From: a virus
IMG/VR virus record: IMGVR_UViG_3300034025_000120
Span: 1 to 64,000 of that record
Length of the DNA: 64,000 bases
Reading direction: 5' to 3' (one strand)
Shown: positions 36,378 to 44,789 of the stretch, piece by piece
How positions within the stretch are numbered: position 1 is the stretch's first letter
Layout: each line of letters opens with the position of its first letter
Notes under the pieces: generated by a model
The model's database searches: none
Told to the model about the DNA's origin: nothing
The model's input: the letters and a program-made list of their open reading frames with translations, nothing else
Program-made: the position numbers and the translations under genes

Positions 36378-38489
36378 ATGGCAGCATTAAAACGCATCAG
36401 TGCAAGGGCACTCTTAGATTTGTCGCAGGACTTCTTGAAAGAGAACCTGCATGGACCATTCAAACTGGTCTTCGACGACGGGCACGAAATTGTCACGAAT
36501 GCACGGGAAACGCTGTTGTCGGGCTATGGCTGGGAGTACCACCGGGAATACCGGGAAACACCCCTGCTGTACCGACACCACGTGCAGCATGTGTTAGCCG
36601 GCGGTATGTTGGACGCCGATACCCACTTAAAGCTCCTCAGTATCTGCATGTGGAGTGTGTATGACGAGTATGTCTTGCCGAATTACAAAGCACGCATGCT
36701 CGTCGCCAATACAGCAACCGAGCAGTTGGAAATGCAGGTGGTCGATGAAGTTGAGTTACGCGAACTGTTGTTTAAGCGCGCGTACGAGTTGACCAACCTC
36801 ATTTACAATGAGTTGAGTGAGCACTGCGAAGAGTATGTGGTGTCCTTGAACATCTTGGACTTCATGGAAGTCTTGGCGCACCCCAAAGTGCGCGAGATCA
36901 ACAATACCTTGCAGCCCAACCCAGCGTCAATCAACAACGCCTATAAGGTGGTGAAAGACACGCTCAGGAATGCCCCTGAACTGCAAAGAAATCCGCTGGC
37001 CAAGGCCGTGCATTCCCGTACGGTGAAAGAAGACCAGCTGATGCAGTGTCTGACAGCGCGCGGTACCTTGACGGACGTGGACTCGTATGTGTTCCGGCCA
37101 CCGGTCTTGCGTGGTTACGCCCGTGGCTTCCGAAAAGTGTATGAAGCCATGGTCGAATCGCGCTCGGCAGCAAAAAGCTTGGCGTCGTCGAAAGCGCAAT
37201 TGCAAGATGCTGAGTATTTCTCGCGGCGCTTGCAGTTGGTTGACCAAGTGGTGCAAAACCTCCACATGGCCGATTGCGGTACCACCGAGTACGCGGAGTG
37301 GTATGTCCGTGGGGAAGAAAAGGAAGCGGGCCGTACCAAGCGCAAGGCTGACCTGAAGAAGTTGGTGGGCTTGTACTACTTGACGGAGCAAGGTGAACTG
37401 CGTACGATCAAGGAAACCGATTCTCACTTGATTGGCAAGAAGATCAAGCTGCGGACGGTGCTCGGTTGTGCCCACCCTGATCCGTACGGTGTGTGCAGTA
37501 CGTGTTTCGGTGACCACTCCTTGTCGGTACCGCGTGGCTCGAACTTGGGCCACATGTGCTGTACCCACATGACGCAAAAGAGTAGTCAGTCCGTGCTGTC
37601 CTTGAAGCACTTGGACATGAGTTCGGATGTCGATGGCGTGATCATCGATTCCTTCATGCGCAAGTTTGTCCGCGCATCGGAAGACGAAAGCTCGTATGTA
37701 TTGGCCCCGGAGTTGAAACAAGCCGATGCTGTCAAGCTGATTGTGTCGCCGACCCAGGCCCGTAACTTGACGGATATCCGGAATGTGGACGAGGTCGAGA
37801 AGTTGGCCTTGACCCACGTCTCGGAGATGGAATCCATCACCATCGAGCTTACCACCCAAGGCGGTAAGCATGAAGAACCACATGTGGTCCCGGTTCGGAT
37901 GGCAAACCGCAATGCCAGCATGACCCATGAACTGCTCGACTACATCAAGATGTTCGGGTGGGCCACGGATACGGCCACGGGTAATTACGTGATCGACATG
38001 ACCAATTGGGACTGGTCATTCCCCTTCTTGACCTTGCCACCCAAGCACTTTAATATGAGCGACCATTCGGCCGCCATTGCGAAGATGCTGGAATCGACCG
38101 TGAAGGATGTCGATGAGCGGGATAGCCAAACCGATCCTGTGGAATTCTTGAAAGAGTTCCATGACCTCGTCAACGACAAGCTCGATGTGCCGTTGGCAGT
38201 GAACGCAGTGATTGTGCTCGGCGTGACAATTCGTTCGGCGAAAGACTTCGATTACCGGCTCCCCAAGCCGGGCACAGCAGTCGGCCTTGGTGTGCGGTCC
38301 AACATCATGGACTACCGCAGTGCGTCAGCAAAGTTTGCATTCCAAGGACACCGGGATTTCTTACGAAACCCCGCTATGTATTTGAAGGGTGTGAACAAGA
38401 ACCGTCCTAATCACCCGATGGACGGGGTCATTACTCCGCAAGAAGTATTGCAAGCGGAACGAAACCGGAAAGGTTGGGTCACCAACTAA
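36378..38489 (+). CDS. multisubunit RNAP beta-prime C-terminal subunit
   Basis: AGGAGGAAAG RBS. ADCGT (compare DDCGT). IKLRTVLGCAHPDPYGVCSTCFGD (compare VKVRSVVSC..FGVCAHCYGRD). Trigger-loop-like HMTQKSSQSVLSLKHLD. Confidence 0.75.
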   Translation: MAALKRISARALLDLSQDFLKENLHGPFKLVFDDGHEIVTNARETLLSGYGWEYHREYRETPLLYRHHVQHVLAGGMLDADTHLKLLSICMWSVYDEYVLPNYKARMLVANTATEQLEMQVVDEVELRELLFKRAYELTNLIYNELSEHCEEYVVSLNILDFMEVLAHPKVREINNTLQPNPASINNAYKVVKDTLRNAPELQRNPLAKAVHSRTVKEDQLMQCLTARGTLTDVDSYVFRPPVLRGYARGFRKVYEAMVESRSAAKSLASSKAQLQDAEYFSRRLQLVDQVVQNLHMADCGTTEYAEWYVRGEEKEAGRTKRKADLKKLVGLYYLTEQGELRTIKETDSHLIGKKIKLRTVLGCAHPDPYGVCSTCFGDHSLSVPRGSNLGHMCCTHMTQKSSQSVLSLKHLDMSSDVDGVIIDSFMRKFVRASEDESSYVLAPELKQADAVKLIVSPTQARNLTDIRNVDEVEKLALTHVSEMESITIELTTQGGKHEEPHVVPVRMANRNASMTHELLDYIKMFGWATDTATGNYVIDMTNWDWSFPFLTLPPKHFNMSDHSAAIAKMLESTVKDVDERDSQTDPVEFLKEFHDLVNDKLDVPLAVNAVIVLGVTIRSAKDFDYRLPKPGTAVGLGVRSNIMDYRSASAKFAFQGHRDFLRNPAMYLKGVNKNRPNHPMDGVITPQEVLQAERNRKGWVTN

Positions 38490-38576
38490 TCCACAAGGGC
38501 GGGAGATCGCAGAGCACCGCGGTCTCCCATTTCGGTGCGGCATGTTGTCGTTCGTTTTTTGTAAGAAAGGTGATCA

Positions 38577-40118
38577 ATGCCAGAATTACGCGTCCATGTA
38601 CGCACCCACCATTTTGTTGTCCGTGATTTTACGCTGCGTGCGCAACCGGCCATCGATGAGTTTGCGCGCAAATACATTCAGTACGGTAGCCAACGGCTGC
38701 CGAACGGTAGTTACACCCGGATCGCGATGCGTACCTACGCCGCTGCGACCAAAGACCGCCGTGAGTACCGGTTTCACATTAACCAACTCCCCGGTTTTAA
38801 GGAAATCCTCAAGAAACACCACTTGACGGACGAACGGGTCGAGTTCATTAAGACTCCGCTGTACGCGCCCAAGAAAGTGGAATTGCCCATCTTCCCAAAA
38901 TGGCAACCGCGCGACCAGCAGCCCGATGTATTGGCGTTCATGAACAATGTCCCGCCACCACCATATCCGCAAGATTATACCGCCGCCAAATTGGTGAGTA
39001 TCCAAACAGGTAAGGGCAAGTCGTTTTGCGAGATGTACTCGGCTTCGAATTTCGGTTACCGCATGGTGATGTTCATCAAGCCGATGTACATTGACAAGTG
39101 GATCGAAGACATCAAGAAGACCTACGACATTGACGACGACGACGTGCACGTCGTTCAAGGTGGTGCCTCGCTCATGCAAACCTTGGAGGATGCAGAAAAC
39201 GATACATTGAAGTTCAAGGTCATGATCGTTAGTAACAAGACGTTCCAGAATTATATCAAAGCGTATGAACTGTTCCGTGACCAGATCACCGAGCACGGCT
39301 ACGCCTTTGGTCCGGATGAATTCCATGAGAAGTGCGGGATCGGCTTCCGTGGGATCGATGAAGTCCACCAAGATTACCATTTGAATTTCAAGATCGACCT
39401 GTACACCCATTGTCCAGTCTCGATCTCCTTGTCAGCCACCTTGACTTCGTACGACCAGTTCTTGGAATCGGTGTACGAGATCGGCTACCCGAAAGTCGTG
39501 CGCTATGACAAGATGGAATACCACAAGTATGTGGCTGCCCGTGCCCTGATCTGGAGTTTACAACAACCCCAGAAAGTCAAGTACAAGAACGGTGGCAACT
39601 ACTCGCACAATGTGTTTGAACAAAGCATCCTGAAGTACAAAGGGATGACGGGCAACTACCTGGAGATGTTCAAGAAACAATTGGACATCGATTTCATTCC
39701 AGACAAACGTGACGATGACCGCGCTTTGATCTTTTGCGCGTCGATTGACATGTGTACGGTCGTGACCGAATACTTGAAGAAACAGTACCCGCACTTGGAT
39801 GTGCGTCGGTATGTGGAAAAAGACCCGTATGAAAATGCCATGGAACCAGACATTATTGTCTCGACCATGCTGTCGGCGGGCACAGCGCTAGATATTCCTA
39901 ACCTGCGGTTCGTCTTCATGTCGACCTGCATGTCAAGTAAGCAAGGGAATATCCAAGGGTTTGGGCGGTTACGATTCATCCCCGGTGTCACGCTACGCTT
40001 TATCTACTTGTCGTGTGAAGACATTGCCAAGCAGATGGCGTACCACGAAGAAAAGAAAACCCTTCTTCGGGATCGTGCGTTGTATTTCCGTACGGACTAT
40101 TATCGAACCCCCGTGTAA
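38577..40118 (+). CDS. SF2 (DEAH-type) helicase
   Basis: Walker A QTGKGKS, motif II IDEVHQ, motif III SLSATL, motif VI QGFGRLRF. Confidence 0.75.
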   Translation: MPELRVHVRTHHFVVRDFTLRAQPAIDEFARKYIQYGSQRLPNGSYTRIAMRTYAAATKDRREYRFHINQLPGFKEILKKHHLTDERVEFIKTPLYAPKKVELPIFPKWQPRDQQPDVLAFMNNVPPPPYPQDYTAAKLVSIQTGKGKSFCEMYSASNFGYRMVMFIKPMYIDKWIEDIKKTYDIDDDDVHVVQGGASLMQTLEDAENDTLKFKVMIVSNKTFQNYIKAYELFRDQITEHGYAFGPDEFHEKCGIGFRGIDEVHQDYHLNFKIDLYTHCPVSISLSATLTSYDQFLESVYEIGYPKVVRYDKMEYHKYVAARALIWSLQQPQKVKYKNGGNYSHNVFEQSILKYKGMTGNYLEMFKKQLDIDFIPDKRDDDRALIFCASIDMCTVVTEYLKKQYPHLDVRRYVEKDPYENAMEPDIIVSTMLSAGTALDIPNLRFVFMSTCMSSKQGNIQGFGRLRFIPGVTLRFIYLSCEDIAKQMAYHEEKKTLLRDRALYFRTDYYRTPV

Positions 40119-40122
40119 GACT

Positions 40123-40153
40123 GGTAGAGGAGGCAACTCCTCTACCTATGCCG
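40123..40153 (+). terminator. hairpin with TATGCCG 3' flank (no T-tract)
   Basis: GGTAGAGGAG-GCAA-CTCCTCTACC followed by TATGCCG. Confidence 0.45.
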
Positions 40154-40180
40154 TAACTTCATAAAAGAGAGAGTGTTATC

Positions 40181-40459
40181 ATGAACAAAGTCCAAGTATT
40201 AATCGCTGGGGAATTATTGAAACAAGACCAGACCGATGCAGTATTCAAAGCGGCTTTGCTCATGTTCAATCGCTCTGAAAGGTATTTGAAAGAGTACCGG
40301 CATGACCCCAAGAAAACGGCGGATCATCTCGAAGACTTTTTACGGGCTGCCGAAATCATTCATTTGTTCGAACCAGAGAGGGTCATTTACCATATCCATT
40401 TCCATAACGGACACGCTACTTTAATGGGTTCGATCGACGCTGTGTTTGGTAAACATTAA
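40181..40459 (+). CDS. small hypothetical protein, tandem array member
   Basis: 92-aa ORF with AGAGAGAG upstream. Confidence 0.5.
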   Translation: MNKVQVLIAGELLKQDQTDAVFKAALLMFNRSERYLKEYRHDPKKTADHLEDFLRAAEIIHLFEPERVIYHIHFHNGHATLMGSIDAVFGKH

Positions 40460-40471
40460 AAAGGAAAAGAA

Positions 40472-40738
40472 ATGCAGATTGTAGTGAACGATGTACCGCT
40501 GGAGCATACAGAGTCCAAAAAACTGTTTGAAACTTTGATTGCAACGCACGAGCTTTTGAAAGCTACACTGCTCGACAGAAGTCTGCCGATGTATGTACGG
40601 GGCATAGCGATGAATGACTACGTGGTCATGGGTCAGTTCATTCATCGCTTGAATCCTGATATTTACATCGCTTACGTCACCTTTAGCGACGGCATCACAG
40701 CAAAGTTCACGGAAGACCTCGACGAACTTGGTAAATAA
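40472..40738 (+). CDS. small hypothetical protein, tandem array member
   Basis: 88-aa ORF preceded by AAAGGAAAAGAAATG. Confidence 0.55.
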   Translation: MQIVVNDVPLEHTESKKLFETLIATHELLKATLLDRSLPMYVRGIAMNDYVVMGQFIHRLNPDIYIAYVTFSDGITAKFTEDLDELGK

Positions 40739-40753
40739 AAGAAAGGAAAAGAA

Positions 40754-41002
40754 ATGAAGAAAGTAACGGTTTATCAAAGCGAAAACTGTACGACCGATAA
40801 TTACGTGGCATGTATGGCGATTTTGCGCCACGCCATGATCCCCTATAGCACCGAGGTCGATGTCCGTAAGATGATGACCTTGGCGAATGGCACAGCAAAC
40901 CCAACCAATGGGTTTGCTATGGTCACTAAAGATGGCACGGTAATGCGCAACTTCATGCACTTGACTGCATGGATCGAACGTAACGGTATCATGCCACTTT
41001 AA
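40754..41002 (+). CDS. small hypothetical protein
   Basis: 82-aa ORF preceded by GAAAGGAAAAGAAATG. Confidence 0.55.
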   Translation: MKKVTVYQSENCTTDNYVACMAILRHAMIPYSTEVDVRKMMTLANGTANPTNGFAMVTKDGTVMRNFMHLTAWIERNGIMPL

Positions 41003-41016
41003 AGAAAGGTAATGCA

Positions 41017-41616
41017 ATGTCACACGTACCACCAGTCGTTATCGATAATACTCCCCTAGACGCAGCGCAGGTTGTTCATTTGCGCACCGCTTTTCTCAAG
41101 TACTTCAGCGAACTGCGCGCGAGCGGGAATACAGATAGCCCTGTAGAAGAGTTAGAAAGCCTCGCCACGCTGTTGGCACCTGGGTACTGTGCAGAAGACA
41201 CCTTCCAGCACTTCGCCGCGTATGCGCTGCCTCAGCCCGCGCCATCGCATAGCTTGGTGTTGTTTAAGAAAGACGACTTGAAAGCAGTATTGAGTCGGCA
41301 CTTTCTATCTCAAGGCCGGGAAGAAGAAGTGTGGCGCAGGATTGAACGCGACCTCCAAATCACGTTCAATGAGTTACTTGACCTGGACCATGAGCGGGTG
41401 GTGTTCTCCATTGTGACCACCCCAGAAGAAGCGCTGCGCGCAGCTGAAATTCGCATCAATGTGTTTTATGTCCTCCACCCTGAATTCACGTTCGAGGGTT
41501 ATACCAACCGGGTGTTCCATTACCAGTACGCCCGTCGTGGTCACATCAATGTCTTCATGGGGGTGGACATTCCCCTGATGTACGATGCGTCGACCGACGG
41601 TTTCAAATTCATTTAA
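41017..41616 (+). CDS. hypothetical protein, tandem array member
   Basis: 199-aa ORF. N-terminus is PPVVIDNTPLDAAQVVHL. Confidence 0.55.
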   Translation: MSHVPPVVIDNTPLDAAQVVHLRTAFLKYFSELRASGNTDSPVEELESLATLLAPGYCAEDTFQHFAAYALPQPAPSHSLVLFKKDDLKAVLSRHFLSQGREEEVWRRIERDLQITFNELLDLDHERVVFSIVTTPEEALRAAEIRINVFYVLHPEFTFEGYTNRVFHYQYARRGHINVFMGVDIPLMYDASTDGFKFI

Positions 41617-41631
41617 AGAAGAGGAAAAGAA

Positions 41632-41952
41632 ATGAGCGAACATAAGAACCAGCACCACGTCATCATCGATGGCCACGAACTGACGCCGCTGCAATCGAAC
41701 CATGTAGTGGAAGCCATTGAAAGCCAGCTCGGCAACTCTTTGGACGACATGTTCGATAGCGACGTTGATCCGTATCAAAAACAAACGATGGCGCCGGCAG
41801 TCAGGTCGCTGGCCGAAGTGCTGTATCTCGTGGCACCGCACATTCTGTTTGATGGCATTGAAGTCATTGGTGGTAAAGCCCACTTCGATGAAGAACTGGA
41901 AGAGTTCAATCCAGGCGGTACCGAAGAAGTCATCTATCCAAAAGACGAATAG
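41632..41952 (+). CDS. small hypothetical acidic protein, tandem array member
   Basis: 106-aa ORF preceded by GAGGAAAAGAAATG. N-terminus is HHVIIDGHELTPLQSNHVV. Confidence 0.55.
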   Translation: MSEHKNQHHVIIDGHELTPLQSNHVVEAIESQLGNSLDDMFDSDVDPYQKQTMAPAVRSLAEVLYLVAPHILFDGIEVIGGKAHFDEELEEFNPGGTEEVIYPKDE

Positions 41953-41954
41953 TC

Positions 41955-41990
41955 AGCATAAAAGCGAGGGGTTTCCCTCGCTTTTTTCTT
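41955..41990 (+). terminator. rho-independent terminator with AGCATAAA 5' flank
   Basis: AAAGCGAGGG-GTTT-CCCTCGCTTT followed by TTTCTTTT. Confidence 0.7.
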
Positions 41991-42023
41991 TTGTTGTTTT
42001 GGACGATTCAAAGAAATTACAGT

Positions 42024-42034
42024 CACATATTCTT
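42024..42034 (+). promoter_or_regulatory. recurrent CACATATTCTT motif (candidate phage promoter, variant)
   Basis: AGTCACATATTCTTCCGGTGAG lies about 60 nt upstream of the gene at 42096. Confidence 0.35.
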
Positions 42035-42095
42035 CCGGTGAGTTAGAGTAAGTAACCTTATTCCTTTTGTATTTAACCACTGGAGATTTGCAACT

Positions 42096-42770
42096 ATGAC
42101 TACCATTATCTACAATGCAGGTAAACTGTTCGCCGACAGCCGTGTGTGCCAAGTCACCATGCACAATGGTGTGCCTACCCCTGGCGAGTACCTCGACACC
42201 CTCAAGAAGATTTATGAGCCCCAGCACCTGCGTATGGGCGGAAGGAAGATTCTCGCACTGACCGTTTGCGGTCAAGCGGGGATTCTGGAATTGATCAAAG
42301 AACTCGATGCGCTTGCTGCAAAAGACCAGCAAATCTTCGACCTCGGCGACGGCACGGTACCAGCGGCTTTGATGCCGCACATCCAGCTCGAAACCCGCAT
42401 CATGATGGTGACCACGCACAACGTGGCTGTGTTTTCAATTGGCCACGGCGAAGCATCGACACAGATGTTTAAGCTCTCCAGCCAGCTGGCGATGGGCAGC
42501 GGGGTGGATAAGCTGCCCTCGCTCATCAACACGGTACGCAAGGTATCGTCCGAAGTGGCCATGGCCGACGCCATGGCGGTTGACTGCATGACGGGCGGCC
42601 CAGTCTCGCTCTGGCAGTACGGTTCCATCGGTGTGCGTCAGTTGGACTTAAAGCGTACCTATTCGAAACTGGATCGCTACGTGATGAGTTGGGTGCAACT
42701 GGGCGTGACCATTCGCGATGTCTTCAAACTCGTGAAGAACGTGATGAAAAACAAGACTGTCAAGCCCTGA
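42096..42770 (+). CDS. HslV/proteasome beta-like Ntn-hydrolase (putative Thr peptidase)
   Basis: N-terminal MTTIIY..GKLFADSRV (compare HslV MTTIVSV...AGDGQ). Lys in TLKKIYEP. ALTVCGQAG. LAMGSGVD (GSG motif). DCMTGGP. Confidence 0.5.
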   Translation: MTTIIYNAGKLFADSRVCQVTMHNGVPTPGEYLDTLKKIYEPQHLRMGGRKILALTVCGQAGILELIKELDALAAKDQQIFDLGDGTVPAALMPHIQLETRIMMVTTHNVAVFSIGHGEASTQMFKLSSQLAMGSGVDKLPSLINTVRKVSSEVAMADAMAVDCMTGGPVSLWQYGSIGVRQLDLKRTYSKLDRYVMSWVQLGVTIRDVFKLVKNVMKNKTVKP

Positions 42771-42809
42771 TAGTCTTTCTTATCTTAACCTCATTGGAGA
42801 ATAGCAACT

Positions 42810-43421
42810 ATGGCACATGTAATCGGACCGAACAGTTTTCTTCCTGGACAAACCATGTCCACAGTAGCAAATGCCGTGTGCGACGATCACCCCGATCGTC
42901 CTGCATACAAACGGATCGTCGGGGAAACCGATTCGTTTGGGTCGGAACTGATTGACTTGTGCCAAGAATGCTACACCGCGCACATCAACCGCGTGCCGGA
43001 GCCGATCACCGGACCATGCGCCTGGTGCAAGAAGCATTCGGATAACCTGAAGGCGACTCGTGACTTCGAAGAGGGTATGGCAGGCCCGGTGTACGATGTT
43101 TGCCTGCCTTGTATTCAGAACCAGAACAAGATCGCAGCAGAAGACCTCGCAGCGTTCGATGGGAATGATGACGGCCCCGGTAATCGTCGCGGCTTCAATG
43201 ATGACGGGGACGACGACGAGGATGGTTTTATCGAACTCGCACCATCGAACGCATCGGAGGTATCGGCAGTAGACTGGCGCGAAGAAACACGCGATTACAC
43301 GCCACCGCTGGTTACATTACGTAGTCCGAAGCAGCCAAAGGTGATCACCACCAAGGTCGAACCAAAGACGCTACTCAAGCTGCCCGGTTCCGAGTGGCCG
43401 TTCCCGACCAGCACTAAGTAA
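42810..43421 (+). CDS. Cys-rich zinc-binding protein with acidic low-complexity segment
   Basis: CxxC pairs CQEC, CAWC and CLPC, followed by DDGDDDEDG. Confidence 0.6.
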   Translation: MAHVIGPNSFLPGQTMSTVANAVCDDHPDRPAYKRIVGETDSFGSELIDLCQECYTAHINRVPEPITGPCAWCKKHSDNLKATRDFEEGMAGPVYDVCLPCIQNQNKIAAEDLAAFDGNDDGPGNRRGFNDDGDDDEDGFIELAPSNASEVSAVDWREETRDYTPPLVTLRSPKQPKVITTKVEPKTLLKLPGSEWPFPTSTK

Positions 43422-43439
43422 TAGAGAGAGGAGAACAGC

Positions 43440-43658
43440 ATGTGGAAAAAGGCAATCGCCATTCTGCTCGCTGGTCTCTTCTTGTCGGTGTTCTTATCCA
43501 AGTGCAATCGCAACGCCGATATTGATCTCACGACTTGTGTTGACCACTGGAACGCAGCGTACCGACAAGAAGTTGGTGATGAACCCATCATTACCATGGA
43601 CCAGATACGCGAGTGGAAAGACTGGTGTGTTGACGGCAAGAAGCCTAGCACACTTTAA
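43440..43658 (+). CDS. small exported/membrane-anchored protein
   Basis: 72 aa with GGAGAACAGC RBS. N-terminus KKAIAILLAGLFLSVFLSKC is signal- or lipobox-like. Confidence 0.5.
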   Translation: MWKKAIAILLAGLFLSVFLSKCNRNADIDLTTCVDHWNAAYRQEVGDEPIITMDQIREWKDWCVDGKKPSTL

Positions 43659-43683
43659 CTAACTTAAAGAACAGGAAACTATC

Positions 43684-43818
43684 ATGTACGCACAAAATGA
43701 ATTCAGCAAAACCCAAGCCATCGCCAACCGCGACAAGCAGCACGGCTGGATCAATTTCGCTGTCGCAATCCCCGTCATTATCGGCTGCATCGTGCTGGCC
43801 GCTCGCGCCATCGGCTAA
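43684..43818 (+). CDS. possible 44-aa tail-anchored membrane protein
   Basis: CAGGAAAC upstream. C-terminal hydrophobic segment WINFAVAIPVIIGCIVLAARAIG. Below the ORF-track cutoff. Confidence 0.35.
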   Translation: MYAQNEFSKTQAIANRDKQHGWINFAVAIPVIIGCIVLAARAIG

Positions 43819-43826
43819 GAAGTATC

Positions 43827-43902
43827 CGGCATAAAAGAAAAGAGGAGGCTCCTTCGGGAAGCCTCCTCTTATGCCGCGAAAAGAACTGTCGTTCTTTTTT
43901 TG
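43827..43902. terminator. double hairpin terminator between convergent genes, CGGCATAAA...TTATGCCG palindrome
   Basis: CGGCATAAAAG..AGAGGAGGCT-CCTTCGGG-AAGCCTCCTCTTATGCCG, then AGAAC-TGTC-GTTCT followed by T7. Confidence 0.7.
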
Positions 43903-43908
43903 TTTGTT

Positions 43909-44367
43909 TCAACGCAGCCAGTCTTCTGGAATATACACATTCACAGAAATGGGAAGCGGGTCCAGATGACGCTCGACCAGAGGCCAGACTTCTTCCCACC
44001 AGAGCAAGCCACCATTGCCACAACCGGGCGGTGGTAAAGCGAGACTGGTGATGCCGTAATCCTCATAGCGCCGTGCCATTTCCTGGAGCGAGGCTTCCAC
44101 CCATTCTGGCTTGGAAGGATACCGCCAATGGCCTTTCGTGACCATGCACAAAATCTGCAAGTCGTCCGATACCTTAAAGAGCCAGGTCGAATGCTTCCGG
44201 AAGTAGTCGTCCCGACAAGCGCGTTTGTACGCTTGAAACATTTCGGGCCAACGTTCTTTAAACACCTTGGCCACCCCAGCACCCATCACTCCCACGGTAT
44301 TGACCGTACAGACCAGCGTTTGGGCTTTGCTGTCAAACAGACTACCACCAAAGACAGTTACAGGCAT
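43909..44367 (-). CDS. macrodomain protein (TARG1/DarG-like ADP-ribose hydrolase family)
   Basis: LVCTVNTVGVMGAGVAKVFKERWP and LALPPPGCGNGGLLWWEEVWPLV match, by eye, the TARG1 blocks ..MGAGIA..FKKKF and ..MPRIGCGLD.L.W..V. Confidence 0.75.
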   Translation of the reverse strand: MPVTVFGGSLFDSKAQTLVCTVNTVGVMGAGVAKVFKERWPEMFQAYKRACRDDYFRKHSTWLFKVSDDLQILCMVTKGHWRYPSKPEWVEASLQEMARRYEDYGITSLALPPPGCGNGGLLWWEEVWPLVERHLDPLPISVNVYIPEDWLR

Positions 44368-44376
44368 GGCTTACTC

Positions 44377-44733
44377 CTAGTCGAGCCCAGGGGGCTGGTG
44401 TTTGCTATCACGGGCTTGGCGTTGTCGGCATTTCTCGAAAACACTTTCTACCCGTTCCCGTGGCCACTGCAATAACTCTTTAAAAGACATCCCAGTGTAC
44501 TTCAACACATCGAAGGCCATAAAGTCTTCCAAGCGCTGTTCAAACTTCCCACCTTTGGAATTGTTTTCCGCAGGCTGCATAGTCATCAAGGCCAAGGGGT
44601 GGACGTTGGGGGCGTCATGGTCACAGATATGAAACACCGTCTCATACCGCTCCCGCATCATCAACTGGGTGTCGGAAGACAATTGTTTCGGTGACTTCTC
44701 CAGTAGCCGACCAATCTCTGTACGAATGGCCAA
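44377..44733 (-). CDS. hypothetical protein
   Basis: 118-aa ORF immediately upstream of, and co-oriented with, the macrodomain gene. Confidence 0.55.
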   Translation of the reverse strand: MAIRTEIGRLLEKSPKQLSSDTQLMMRERYETVFHICDHDAPNVHPLALMTMQPAENNSKGGKFEQRLEDFMAFDVLKYTGMSFKELLQWPRERVESVFEKCRQRQARDSKHQPPGLD

Positions 44734-44789
44734 ACTGTAATCCGGATGTTCACCGAAACCCGATTGCGCGATGTGAAGCCGGGGCGGAC

